A DNA stretch of 64,000 bases, from NCBI GenBank assembly GCA_965208675.1, contig OZ242351.1, positions 352,001 to 416,000 on the forward strand, written 5' to 3'. This document shows positions 1-10,044 of this stretch, piece after piece. This DNA comes from Candidatus Poribacteria bacterium. GTDB lineage: Bacteria; Poribacteria; WGA-4E; PCPOR2b. The position numbers were made by a program, and so were the translations under genes. Each line of letters begins with the position of its first letter. Within the stretch, counting starts at the first letter, position 1. The notes under the pieces are model-generated. The model was given only the letters and a program-made list of their open reading frames with translations. It did no database searches and was not told where the DNA came from.

Positions 1-534
1 AATCTGAAGTTCACCTTGTGCATTAAACAGACCAGCGGCATGGAGCCCTCCCGTTTCAGCAAAAACGGTTTGGGCAGATTTGAGTCTTTCATTGAGATTG
101 TACAAGACAGCCCGTTCTATCTGAAACGATGATTTAATCGGTGGAATTTCTTGCCAAACCGATTCTATAGTCATTTTACCGCACAATCCGCAACTTGCGT
201 TCGCGTGAAAGTTGCGCTGCCAACTAGCCTCCGCGTCAAATACTTTCCCATCAACAAGATGTATATTTATGACGTTCCCCAGATTTGACCCACCCACATC
301 CTCGCAGTATGCCATTGCCCCGATGTCATCGGCAGATTCGACTAGCCCCTCTGTGAATAGGAATCCCGCGCCCAGTTCAAAGTCATGTCCCGGCGTCCGC
401 ATCACGACAATTAAGCTTTGGTTCGCAACGCGAATTTCGAGAGGTTCCTCTACGACCAATTGATCGTTGAACGGAATTGATTGAGAGTTGCGCCAGCGTG
501 TGACTAGTTCCGTTGTCGTCGGTTGTTGGCTCAT
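1..534 (-). CDS. fdhD: formate dehydrogenase accessory sulfurtransferase FdhD (3' end outside window)
   Basis: Manual translation from ATG 534: MSQQPTTT...VVEEPLEIRV...MRTPGHDFELGAGFLFTEG...NASCGLCGK, the typical FdhD motifs. Absent from the ORF track because it runs off the window edge. Confidence 0.9.
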   Translation of the reverse strand, partial: MSQQPTTTELVTRWRNSQSIPFNDQLVVEEPLEIRVANQSLIVVMRTPGHDFELGAGFLFTEGLVESADDIGAMAYCEDVGGSNLGNVINIHLVDGKVFDAEASWQRNFHANASCGLCGKMTIESVWQEIPPIKSSFQIERAVLYNLNERLKSAQTVFAETGGLHAAGLFNAQGELQI

Positions 535-755
535 GAATGGATGATTTTTGGATTGGACAAGTGCCAATTAACGAAACCAGAGCGGTTGATTGACCGCGTT
601 CATTTACACGTATCCGTCTACATCAGAGGACGCATGCGCTATATATGTTGAAAGCGCGGGAGGGGAACCAAAACGCTGTATTCTAGACATACCCGCATAT
701 TCTAGCACATCATTAATTTCCCGTCAACGGCGTATGTTTTCGATATGAAATGGAC

Positions 756-784
756 TTGACAGGCAAATGCTCGCTTCATATAAT
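756..784 (+). promoter_or_regulatory. sigma70-type promoter for lpdA
   Basis: TTGACA (756-761), 17 nt spacer, TATAAT (779-784); perfect consensus. Confidence 0.8.
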
Positions 785-827
785 AACCAATGCGAAGCGA
801 ATTGTATCTTCTCAATGGGAGGGGTGA

Positions 828-2213
828 ATGTCTTCTTACAATGTTGCAATAATTGGCGGCGGCCCTGGAGGTTATGTTGCGGCAATCAAAGCGGCCCAAT
901 TAGGGGCAAAGGTTTGTCTGATTGAGAAGGGAGAGTTAGGCGGCACCTGTTTAAATCGAGGATGCATTCCGACCAAAACATTATTCGCTGTTGCGAATTT
1001 AGCAACGCAGGTGCGGGGCGCTGCTGGATTTGGACTTAATATTCAAAGTGCAGAGGTCGACTATTCGCAAGTATTAGTGCATAAAAGCACCACTGTCAAC
1101 CAGTTGGCGGAAGGCATCTCAAAATTACTGAAAGGCAACGATGTTCATACAATCAATGGAATAGGGACGCTCACCAGCAGGAATACGATCGAAGTGGAAA
1201 AGTCGGACGGAACGCTGATTGAGATTGAAGCAGAGCGAATAATTATCGCTACTGGCTCTGAACCCGCAAATATCCCAGTGTTTGAAATTGATGAACGGCA
1301 AGTATTAACTACAACAGGAGGACTTGAAATCAATGAACTTCCCTCCAGCATAATTATCATTGGCGGCGGCGTATCCGGTTGTGAATTCGCTTCGATTTTT
1401 AACGGACTAGGCTGTAAAGTAACAATTCTTGAGCTGCTGCCGACTATCCTGGCAACCGAAGATAGACAGGTTGTACGACAGCTTCGAGTTTTCATGAAAC
1501 GGAAAGGTATCGAGGTTCATACAGGCGCTAATGTGACGAGCGTGGAAAAATGTGAAACTGGAGTTACGGCAACGATGGAATCGGGAGAGAAGATTAGCGC
1601 GCAAAAAATGCTGGTTTCAATTGGTAGAACGCTCAACTCGGACGGTATCGGATTGGAAGCCGTGGGGATTCGTAAAAGCGCGGAGGGAAAGATAATTGTC
1701 AACGAAAAGATGGAAACAAACGTACCGGGGATCTATGCGGTCGGCGATGTCGCAAGCCGGTATCTTCTGGCACACGTCGCATCGGCGGAAGGCATTGTTG
1801 CAGCACAGAATTGCATGGGTGGGAGAGTTAGGATGGATTACAGTACCGTGCCGTGGTGTGTTTTCACCATACCTGAAATTGCTAGAGTTGGGATGACTGA
1901 AGAAGAGGCAACCGACGAGGGTTATGAAATCAAAATCGGAAGATTTCCTTATGCGGCAAGCGGGAAAGCGTTGGGCATGAGAGAAACAGAGGGATTCGTC
2001 AAAGTCATTTCCGATTCGGAATCCGGCGACATACTCGGCGTACATATACTTGGGGCGAATGCTTCCGATCTAATCCATGAAGCGGTTGTTGCAATTCGTC
2101 TAGGCGCGTCAGTCGCGGATCTCGCTCACACAATTCACGCCCATCCGACCCTCGCCGAAGCTGTTATGGAGTCGGCTGAAGCCGCGTACAATCGTGCAAT
2201 TCACATGTTGTAG
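828..2213 (+). CDS. lpdA: dihydrolipoyl dehydrogenase
   Basis: GGGPGGYVAAI FAD motif, GGTCLNRGCIPTK redox disulfide, HAHPTLAE active site. Confidence 0.95.
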   Translation: MSSYNVAIIGGGPGGYVAAIKAAQLGAKVCLIEKGELGGTCLNRGCIPTKTLFAVANLATQVRGAAGFGLNIQSAEVDYSQVLVHKSTTVNQLAEGISKLLKGNDVHTINGIGTLTSRNTIEVEKSDGTLIEIEAERIIIATGSEPANIPVFEIDERQVLTTTGGLEINELPSSIIIIGGGVSGCEFASIFNGLGCKVTILELLPTILATEDRQVVRQLRVFMKRKGIEVHTGANVTSVEKCETGVTATMESGEKISAQKMLVSIGRTLNSDGIGLEAVGIRKSAEGKIIVNEKMETNVPGIYAVGDVASRYLLAHVASAEGIVAAQNCMGGRVRMDYSTVPWCVFTIPEIARVGMTEEEATDEGYEIKIGRFPYAASGKALGMRETEGFVKVISDSESGDILGVHILGANASDLIHEAVVAIRLGASVADLAHTIHAHPTLAEAVMESAEAAYNRAIHML

Positions 2214-2313
2214 ATGGCGATTTTCAACTCGCCGTAGATAAAACTGATTTAGTTACGTCGCATTCCCAATACATATTGAGATGACAATTTAACATTTTCC
2301 AATTCAAATTACG

Positions 2314-2721
2314 ATGGAAATTGTCAGAGCAGAACTCACCGATGTCGAAATACTCGCTGATTTAAACAGACACCTCATTAAGGACGAACATCACCCAAAT
2401 TCAATGAACATAAATCAGCTTACTCAACGAATGAAAACATGGTTAGAAAACGAATACGTCTGCTATTTAGCGAAAGAGAATGGAATTATTGTAGCGTACT
2501 GCCTTTATAAGGATGAAGGAAAGCATTACTATATGAGGCAACTGTACGTTGACAGAAAACATCGCGGACAAGGAATCGCTACAAGGTTTCTCAATTGGTT
2601 GTACGAGAATATTTGGACGGATAAGAGAGTCAGACTTGACGTATTAGCTCACAACGAAGGTGCAGTAGCATTCTACAAAAGATATGGTTTTAAAATCGGT
2701 GTTTTAAGAATGGAAAAGTGA
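2314..2721 (+). CDS. GNAT family N-acetyltransferase
   Basis: LYVDRKHRGQGIA motif A; N-x-x-A-x-x-FY-x-x-x-GF motif B. Confidence 0.85.
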   Translation: MEIVRAELTDVEILADLNRHLIKDEHHPNSMNINQLTQRMKTWLENEYVCYLAKENGIIVAYCLYKDEGKHYYMRQLYVDRKHRGQGIATRFLNWLYENIWTDKRVRLDVLAHNEGAVAFYKRYGFKIGVLRMEK

Positions 2722-2861
2722 AGCGTAGAAAATCTGAAATTTTGAATTAATTAATCGGCGATTTGCAAATATTTTTAACACTGGGATGAATTAAAACTCT
2801 AACCGGCGGTAATATCGTCATTGGGATTCAATTATCTACAATCGGAAAGGGCCAATAACAA

Positions 2862-3551
2862 TTGAAAAAACAGGCTGTAGTCCTGTTGAGCGGCGGGGTA
2901 GATTCAACGACGACTTTCGCCATTGCTCAATCCCAAGGTTATGAAGTATGGGCTATGAGTTTTCGTTATGGTCAACGGCACGCCCTAGAACTTGAGCGGG
3001 CGCGGCGAATCGCGGCAACGATGAGGGCTAAAAAACACATCATAGTAGATATCGATCTGCGGGCATTTGGCGGTTCCGCATTGACCGATGAGATTGATGT
3101 ACCGAAGCACCGATCGGAAGACGAAATCGGCGCCGGAATTCCCATCACATACGTTCCCGGCAGGAATACGATATTTCTGTCGTTTGCAATGGCGTGGGCA
3201 GAGACATTGGAAATTGATACCATTTTCATTGGCGTGAATGCCCTTGACTACTCGGGATACCCCGATTGCCGGCCGGAATTCATTGACGCTTATCAGCGAA
3301 TGGCAAACATGGCAACAAAGGCTGGCGTTGAGGGCAAAACGGAGTTGAAGATTCTGACACCCTTAATCTCAATGACTAAAGCGGAGATAATTCAAAAGGG
3401 ATCTGAACTGGGTGTTGACTACGGATTAACCCTTAGCTGCTATGAGCCAGATGATTTAGGAAGAGCATGCGGATTGTGCGACAGTTGTTTATTAAGGAAG
3501 AAGGGATTTGCTGAAGCCGGGGTAATCGATGACATTGCCTATCTGTCATAA
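2862..3551 (+). CDS. queC: 7-cyano-7-deazaguanine synthase QueC
   Basis: SGGVDS PP-loop, [17 protein letters not shown]...CGLCDSC zinc motif. Confidence 0.95.
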   Translation: MKKQAVVLLSGGVDSTTTFAIAQSQGYEVWAMSFRYGQRHALELERARRIAATMRAKKHIIVDIDLRAFGGSALTDEIDVPKHRSEDEIGAGIPITYVPGRNTIFLSFAMAWAETLEIDTIFIGVNALDYSGYPDCRPEFIDAYQRMANMATKAGVEGKTELKILTPLISMTKAEIIQKGSELGVDYGLTLSCYEPDDLGRACGLCDSCLLRKKGFAEAGVIDDIAYLS

Positions 3552-3660
3552 TCCGTCTATGCATGGATACCGGAAAGTTTTTAATTCTTGAGATGGTGCG
3601 CGGGAGTTATCGCTTTTCAAAGTGTTCTTTGACAGGGGCGCGTGTTTCGATTAGCGAACG

Positions 3661-5145
3661 TCAACGAGTGTTACTCTTTTCGATGTACGCTCTCAAATGT
3701 GCAAGCGCACGGCCGCTGTCGATTGCTTCCTTGGTTTGTTCAATTGCTTCCTGCGGGTCGGGGTAAAACCCCAGCAGATAATCCCCAATCGCTGTATTAA
3801 GCAAAATTCGGTCGTACACATGTCCCTTCTGGCCGGATAAAGCAGCTACTCCAACTTCAGCAAACACTTCAGCGCTCACTGATTCCAACCTCGGGTTTTT
3901 TTCGTAATGGAACCCGTATGATGCCGGATTTATGTCCAGTGCAAATACCTGCTTTCCGCCGTCTACGCTTTTATAACCCTGCGTATAATTTATCGCCTTT
4001 CGATCTGCAACAGAGGGCTTGCCAAGGCGCATTGCGTAATGGCTCGTTCCCTCCTCTCCCTTGGTCACCAGTCCAGACTTGAACCCGTGTTCCCACATCA
4101 ACTGGAGTAGGGGTTCCTCGTAACCGGGATGGTAGTAGCCAACAATCATATGGTTTGAGCCCGCGGAATATAACTGTTGGGCTTTTTCGGTAGCCGCCCA
4201 GGGCGGGCGTTTTTTGATGTGCATACGCAATTCACGAATAGCGTATGCTCCGGGCGAATATTCCCTCTGACTAACATAAGCAAACCCCACTTCGGTATCT
4301 TCAATTAAAGTTGCAGCTTTCTCAAGCGGGAGATTTGTACGAGCTCCGAGCGTCTTCAGAATTTTCTCTTCAGTTATCCCGAGTTTCGGGGGCATTTCAT
4401 CTACCCCGTGCAGAATCGACGCTTCTCCAAGTGCGGCGCGCACGGCTGCAATAAACACCGTTGGTTTAAAATACCGCGTGGAACCATCATACGGCTCGCC
4501 AAAATGCGTCAGTGAATTGACAGAGACTTTAAGGACCTGCTCAGGGGCGAAGACGGAATCCATATAACCGCGCACTTCGTCATAGGTTTCACGGTTCATA
4601 CGTTGGCCAATAAGGGCAGCGCCTTTCAATGCCGCTTTTACTTGCCCGTTCAAAATCGCTTCGCCCATTGACCGCGTTTCTTCCGAGGTCAGATGTTCAC
4701 CCCTCAAAATTTTGTCAAGAGATTTTTTGACAATTTCCTCTTGTGGGTTTGCGGCTCGATATCCGAGATCTGGATCCAAGATAAACTTAATATCGGGGGG
4801 CAGGCAGGAATCGAGGTCTGTCTGGAATTGCTCGAACGCTGAGACTTCTGCTTCACTCCACTGAGTTTCCTCTGGAAAGTAGTTTCTGATTGTCATTGCG
4901 GCAAAAAAAGCGCCCATTTGAGCTTCTGAAACCATATGTTCCCAAGAAATCTCCCCCCTTAGCGATTTTAAAATCGTACCAAAAGTCCTTTCGGGCTGGA
5001 TTGAATCCGTCGCACTAATTCCGAGAGGACGAGTCTGGTGAGGCCCGGTGCAAACTCGCGCTTGCGCTTCTAACACGTCCGTATTGGGGCCCGGATATTG
5101 CCTTTGATGCACGTTATCTCTCCGTTCGCTTTTAAAGCGGGGCAA
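3661..5145 (-). CDS. anthranilate phosphoribosyltransferase-like (glycosyl transferase family 3, YbiB-like) protein
   Basis: HFGEPYDG, ILHGVDEMPPKLG, KGEEG and DSGRA motifs resemble TrpD-like/YbiB proteins; extra N-terminal region. Confidence 0.65.
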   Translation of the reverse strand: MPRFKSERRDNVHQRQYPGPNTDVLEAQARVCTGPHQTRPLGISATDSIQPERTFGTILKSLRGEISWEHMVSEAQMGAFFAAMTIRNYFPEETQWSEAEVSAFEQFQTDLDSCLPPDIKFILDPDLGYRAANPQEEIVKKSLDKILRGEHLTSEETRSMGEAILNGQVKAALKGAALIGQRMNRETYDEVRGYMDSVFAPEQVLKVSVNSLTHFGEPYDGSTRYFKPTVFIAAVRAALGEASILHGVDEMPPKLGITEEKILKTLGARTNLPLEKAATLIEDTEVGFAYVSQREYSPGAYAIRELRMHIKKRPPWAATEKAQQLYSAGSNHMIVGYYHPGYEEPLLQLMWEHGFKSGLVTKGEEGTSHYAMRLGKPSVADRKAINYTQGYKSVDGGKQVFALDINPASYGFHYEKNPRLESVSAEVFAEVGVAALSGQKGHVYDRILLNTAIGDYLLGFYPDPQEAIEQTKEAIDSGRALAHLRAYIEKSNTR

Positions 5146-5305
5146 GATGTTCGGTTAACAATACGTGCTGCGTACGAAAATACCCTCGCGGCATTAATGA
5201 TCGGTCAACTACAAATTGGACCGCGTAGGGTCTATGTCAGATTCACCGGGGATTTTAGGTTAATTCGCAGCGGCTATATCGGGTATGAACGCTTAACGAA
5301 ATAAA

Positions 5306-5335
5306 AGCCCTACACCTTCGATCTGGCGTAGGGCT
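5306..5335. terminator. hairpin (GTAGGGC REP-like), possible terminator
   Basis: AGCCCTACACC...GGCGTAGGGCT inverted repeat downstream of the 5366 gene. Confidence 0.4.
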
Positions 5336-5365
5336 AATTATCGAAACGCATAGGAAAACCACAAT

Positions 5366-6358
5366 TTAAAACAAGAGATCGTCGCCTGATTCTGGGGTTT
5401 CCGGAGCAATAATAGCTTGTTTTTTGCCGCCGACTGTCAGATAGAATTGGAAGCCGGGTTCATTCACAAAACCGACATAAAAGGCGGATGTATTGGAGAG
5501 TTGGTAGCGCAATCCGAGGCTGAGCAAGTTTGTGATTGTGACGCCGCTAAGTGGCAATGCCCGAGAAAAGTCGCCTGCCAACCATAAGTCCTCAGAAAAT
5601 GCCAGCTCTCCGCCTAATTGCCAAATCAAAGTGAACGAATCCGTAGTCTTGAGTGACTTGGATGAAAGATATGCCCCCAAGGCGCTGTGTGCGTTTAGGT
5701 ACTCATTGAACTTCTGTGTACCTACCAGATAGGTCTCAACTCCAACAAACGGAAAACTATCGTGAGGGGTACGGTCGAGAAACTCATTGTCCGTATTTAG
5801 TCTATTGTCGGCGGTATACCCAATCTGAATGTTCCCGCCTACCGATAGGCTGGGCAGCCCATCGTGGACCTCAGGCTTGACATTATATTTAAGTCCAATA
5901 AGGGAGTCGAACAGCGCTTGATCGTAGACACGCCTGTTTTCTACCGGGTCGAGCGGCAATGCATCTTTATCCGCATCGTGGATTCGATAAAAATCAGGGA
6001 TAATCTTGCGGACGCCGCCGGTGGCGAAGGTGCCGCCCATGGTAAAATCTAATCTATCGCTGAGACCATAGGTGAATCGTATCGGCGCCAAAAATGTCTC
6101 AATCTCCAGTTCGACAAGATGAAATTCTTCAAAACCTCCAACAACCACGCGTTGTCTGTTTTCAGGCATTCGCCTTTCTTTCTCGAATTGGAAAAGCCCA
6201 AAGTTAGTCGTGTAACCTCCTTTACCAAGCGTATCAGCCGTTTGCATCACGCCAAGTTGGGGTGCTGACGCTTTTCCAACTGTAGGGTTTATGGCTACGG
6301 CGATAACAGTCGAGATTGCCAGAAGCCATCGAACTCGTAGTAACTGAAGAATTTGCAT
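5366..6358 (-). CDS. putative outer-membrane beta-barrel protein
   Basis: AAGGAG before ATG 6358; signal peptide; alternating aromatic/Gly beta-strands. Confidence 0.55.
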   Translation of the reverse strand: MQILQLLRVRWLLAISTVIAVAINPTVGKASAPQLGVMQTADTLGKGGYTTNFGLFQFEKERRMPENRQRVVVGGFEEFHLVELEIETFLAPIRFTYGLSDRLDFTMGGTFATGGVRKIIPDFYRIHDADKDALPLDPVENRRVYDQALFDSLIGLKYNVKPEVHDGLPSLSVGGNIQIGYTADNRLNTDNEFLDRTPHDSFPFVGVETYLVGTQKFNEYLNAHSALGAYLSSKSLKTTDSFTLIWQLGGELAFSEDLWLAGDFSRALPLSGVTITNLLSLGLRYQLSNTSAFYVGFVNEPGFQFYLTVGGKKQAIIAPETPESGDDLLF

Positions 6359-6469
6359 GGATCTCCTTACACTACAAATTTTGAGTATTGCCAACCCTAT
6401 GAGTAGTCCAAGCCCTCATTTCGTCGCAATAGGTGAATTTAATCATGCGAAGTGAAAAATCGGCGGCCG

Positions 6470-7618
6470 TCAATTGAAGGGCACCCGCTCGCTTTCATCT
6501 AAACTGCCATCCGGCCTCGGCGTGTCATCAAACGCCGAAATGAAGTATTTACGCGGAACACGCCGTTGCTCGTCGAGGAGCAGCGGCTCCGATTCGTATG
6601 TGACTTGCGTCTCTTTGGGTTTAAATTTTGCCCGAAAAACCAAATCATCCCCTAAAATCAACGGCCCGCCAACTCTCGTTGTCGCGTAGATATGATAGCC
6701 GGCTAGGTCGCGTTCGGTGTTTCGAGCCCAAGAAAGAGTGACGACATATTTGCCGGTCCAAGGGTCTACCCATCCTACTGCCGTGACGTGCTGTGGTGAA
6801 GCTGGTGGCAACTGCGGAGAAGTGGCATTGAATTTTGTTTCTGCTTCAACACCGAATTGGTCTACAGCGATGACACGATAGACTTTGGTAATCCCGTCTT
6901 GGTCGAAACTTGTATCGAAGAAGTAGATGGGTTCATTTCCAAAGCGCTGGCCTTCAGTAAGTTCGTTAAATGAAATTTCACCAAGCAGTTTAAATTGCGG
7001 CAGGTCTCCAGACGATGAGGTTTTACCGGCAAGCACGCGAAAGGTTTCAAAATCATCCGGGAAGTGATAATCATCCCAAAATAGCTTGACAGTTAAATCA
7101 TCCACTTGATCTCCAATGTGGACAATTGGCCCGGGGGGCGGGACGCTTGGCGTGACGCGCGCATTTGGCCAAATTCGCAGAGGGACATCGTTGGCATCTA
7201 GCAGGTCAGCCGGATCGGGAGTTTCAACACCGTTTTTGTCTACATAGGAAATTCGGTAGACGTAGTAAAGTTGTCTGCCTTGCGTGAGATCAAACGCATC
7301 GTTGACGAGACCTTCATCGATAAAAACCGATGTCGCGGCATCAACCTCCCCAACAAGTTCAAACGGAGAATCGGCGTCGCCGGTAAACCATCGATAAATC
7401 CGATAATTGACAATTCCCTCAACTCCGGTATTCTGCCACGAAACTGTTACTTGTGCATCGCCGGCATGCAGGTCTAGGCCAGGAGGCGAACCTGCGGTGC
7501 GTAAGTTCTCTGGATCGAATCGATTGACGTAATCTCTATCGTTCGTACATCCGTCCAACAACAGTAAAAAACTGAGAATTGCAACAGGGATTAATGATTC
7601 GATACTGAAATGTCTCAT
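6470..7618 (-). CDS. lipoprotein with fibronectin type III-like domains
   Basis: Lipobox-like LLDGC; repeated V-x-W...Y-x-I-Y FN3 patterns. Confidence 0.65.
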   Translation of the reverse strand: MRHFSIESLIPVAILSFLLLLDGCTNDRDYVNRFDPENLRTAGSPPGLDLHAGDAQVTVSWQNTGVEGIVNYRIYRWFTGDADSPFELVGEVDAATSVFIDEGLVNDAFDLTQGRQLYYVYRISYVDKNGVETPDPADLLDANDVPLRIWPNARVTPSVPPPGPIVHIGDQVDDLTVKLFWDDYHFPDDFETFRVLAGKTSSSGDLPQFKLLGEISFNELTEGQRFGNEPIYFFDTSFDQDGITKVYRVIAVDQFGVEAETKFNATSPQLPPASPQHVTAVGWVDPWTGKYVVTLSWARNTERDLAGYHIYATTRVGGPLILGDDLVFRAKFKPKETQVTYESEPLLLDEQRRVPRKYFISAFDDTPRPDGSLDESERVPFN

Positions 7619-7632
7619 GCTGCCATTTCCTC

Positions 7633-8079
7633 TCAGAATCGGTGTTGAAAGAGAATCTTGGCTTCCTGAGTTTCCACGTTGTAGCTCGGCGTTAGTCCGA
7701 TCGTCGGCTCCAAAGTCGCAGATGATTTAGAAAGTAAATTCAGGTTATCGAAGATTGAAATCAAAGCAGCAAACCCGACAAATCCCATCCCTATCCGAGA
7801 CATTAACGCACTAGAATCATGTTTATTTGTATAGTCTGCCCTTTGTTTAGCAATGTCGGCTTGTATTGCTGTATTTAAGTATAAATCAAAGGAATCTTGT
7901 GCAGATTTTCCGACGATGACGCTCCCAAATTTCAATCCCATACCGGAGACAAACAGAGCAGTTGTAAGCACACGCGTACCATCCGCAGCTTGTGAGCTGG
8001 GAATTCGAATTGAAAAATACAACATGCAGCATGCAATGACTAAGACTGCTATCTTCCTAATCCTATGTAGCTTCATCAA
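7633..8079 (-). CDS. hypothetical exported/membrane protein
   Basis: Signal peptide, two hydrophobic segments, C-terminal F; coupled to vanZ. Confidence 0.6.
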   Translation of the reverse strand: MMKLHRIRKIAVLVIACCMLYFSIRIPSSQAADGTRVLTTALFVSGMGLKFGSVIVGKSAQDSFDLYLNTAIQADIAKQRADYTNKHDSSALMSRIGMGFVGFAALISIFDNLNLLSKSSATLEPTIGLTPSYNVETQEAKILFQHRF

Positions 8080-8486
8080 GAATCCTCCACCGATAGACCT
8101 CGCATCTTAAACGATGCTTTTGAAAATCGACACCAGAGGTACATCGAAATCACACCCAAGAACCCGCCTAAGCAGTCGGCGGCCCAATCCAGAATGCTAA
8201 CAACTCTGCCGGGTACAAAAGACTGGTGCCATTCGTCGCTTGCCCCATAAAGGATAACGATTAGGAATGAGAAGAGCCAAGGAGCGCGGCGAAAAATGTT
8301 AAATGAGGCATTCACGAATGCGTGCGCAACCAAAATACCTAGGACAGTGTACTCTAGAACGTGATATAATTTATCGAAGAGATGCCAATCTACATTGGGT
8401 ATATGTGGTTTGGATAGTGAAGAAAAATAAAAAATAAGCGCCATGCAAACTAGAGGCGGCGACCAATATTTTAAAAATCGTAGGAT
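8076..8486 (-). CDS. VanZ family protein (probable ATC start at 8486; first ATG at 8444)
   Basis: DKLYHVLEY, YGASDEWHQSFVPGR, DWAAD motifs; in-frame LRFLKYWSPPLVC upstream of the ATG. Confidence 0.85.
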   Translation of the reverse strand: MLRFLKYWSPPLVCMALIFYFSSLSKPHIPNVDWHLFDKLYHVLEYTVLGILVAHAFVNASFNIFRRAPWLFSFLIVILYGASDEWHQSFVPGRVVSILDWAADCLGGFLGVISMYLWCRFSKASFKMRGLSVEDS

Positions 8487-8703
8487 TTAATCCCCTCCAA
8501 TAAATCGGGTCGCTTTTTTATGCGAACAGCCTAAATGGCAATTATACCTAAAATGATTTTTCCTTGCAACGTTTTTTTCTTTTTGCGTTACGAAAATTCA
8601 CAATCTCTAGAGTGTACTGGCTTTCGAAATTCACATGATTGAATTAGGCAGGTTGAAATTAGTAAAATATGTCGCACGTACAAATTGAAAGTCGGTTTAT
8701 GGT

Positions 8704-9378
8704 ATGGTGGGAGATGTGATGATGCGATTTCGACATTTGTTTTGGTTGAGTCTTTGTGTTGTTGGACTGACTCCCCTTGGCTGCGGTGATAGCTCGGTTT
8801 TAGATATTAGAGAAAATGAAACTCAAGAAACAACTATCCCGCGCGAAAGCGTTTCAATCATGGGAAGGGTATTGCCAGTCGGAATAATGCCGTTAATTAT
8901 TGTGCAGAGAAATGGGATAGACTTCAAGAACACTGTCGCCGACGATGAGGGAAATTTTACTATTCCAAACCTTCCGGTCGGAGAGTACAGTGTTCGCGTG
9001 ATTGCGACCGGCTTCTTTACAGATATATCAATAAACCATTTGCAACTGAAGGCAGGGGAAACGCACGTCGCAGAGCCCGTAACCCTGATTCCGAGATCAG
9101 AGGCGGCGACGTTGCTTGGGCAGGTGGTTGACAAAGCGGACAACACCACTATATCCGACGCCGAGGTTCATGTTGAGTGTTCAACGGGAGTGTGCGCGCT
9201 TTTGAGCGCAACGTCGGATCAGAATGGAAAATTCTCAATAAAAATTTGGTCTGGCTTAAGCTCAATTTTCAATGTGCAGAAACTAGGATATCATATATCG
9301 TCTTTCCAAGTGGAAGCCTTAAAACCCAACGAGAAACGCGATTTAGGCAGAATTGAAATGGAGCGCATAGAACCGTGA
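8704..9378 (+). CDS. lipoprotein with carboxypeptidase regulatory-like domains
   Basis: PLGC lipobox-like; two D-x-x-G-x-F-x-I modules. Confidence 0.7.
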   Translation: MVGDVMMRFRHLFWLSLCVVGLTPLGCGDSSVLDIRENETQETTIPRESVSIMGRVLPVGIMPLIIVQRNGIDFKNTVADDEGNFTIPNLPVGEYSVRVIATGFFTDISINHLQLKAGETHVAEPVTLIPRSEAATLLGQVVDKADNTTISDAEVHVECSTGVCALLSATSDQNGKFSIKIWSGLSSIFNVQKLGYHISSFQVEALKPNEKRDLGRIEMERIEP

Positions 9379-9554
9379 GGTCATTTTAAATCCAACAAAA
9401 AGTTTGCTCGCAGTTAGTGTTTCAAAAATCTGTTGTGTCTAGTTATCCAAAATTCGTTGAGTTCATTTTCGAGGTACAACCAGGCACAAATATTCTGCTG
9501 CTCATAAAGCAACGCGCTTATTTTCTGACCATATCATGTTTAGTCCGTCGCGCG

Positions 9555-9908
9555 CTACTTTCTCCGCCAAATAATGCGGCCTCGAGTCAAATCGTACGGC
9601 GAAAGTTCAACACTAACCTTATCACCCGGTAGAATTCTGATGTAGTTTTTCCTCAACTTTCCAGCGATGTGAGCCAAGATCAAGTGCTTATTGTCCAACT
9701 CGACACGGAACATAGCATTCGGCAGCGTTTCCAAGACGGTACCTTCCACCTGAATTGCATTGTCCTTCGCTTTCACGTCTGACCTAACTGGATCATCAGA
9801 TACGTTGTCGCTCTTGGGCTGCGCATTTCCTTGTTGGTTCTTCCGCTTTTGTTTCTTTTTGAACTGGTATTGTCCAGCACGTCTTTGCGCGGGTTTGCTC
9901 TTTTTCAC
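9555..9908 (-). CDS. infA: translation initiation factor IF-1, possibly N-terminally extended
   Basis: [23 protein letters not shown]...[22 protein letters not shown]; candidate GTG starts at 9908 (AAGGAG) and 9776. Confidence 0.9.
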   Translation of the reverse strand: MKKSKPAQRRAGQYQFKKKQKRKNQQGNAQPKSDNVSDDPVRSDVKAKDNAIQVEGTVLETLPNAMFRVELDNKHLILAHIAGKLRKNYIRILPGDKVSVELSPYDLTRGRIIWRRK

Positions 9909-10044
9909 TCGTCTTCGTCTCCTTCTTGGAGGTTGGAAATTAATCAAACACTAATTCGCAAAGCGAAATTGGCACTGTCTGCTGTGCTCAATTGGAGCTC
10001 GCAGGTAGCTGTCTGTACTGCAGCCAATTTCACTCATCTTCTAG

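Noticed and set aside
2722-2861. preQ1 riboswitch upstream of queC
   Set aside because: No AGAGGTTCTAG-like core or matching stem with A-rich tail is visible.
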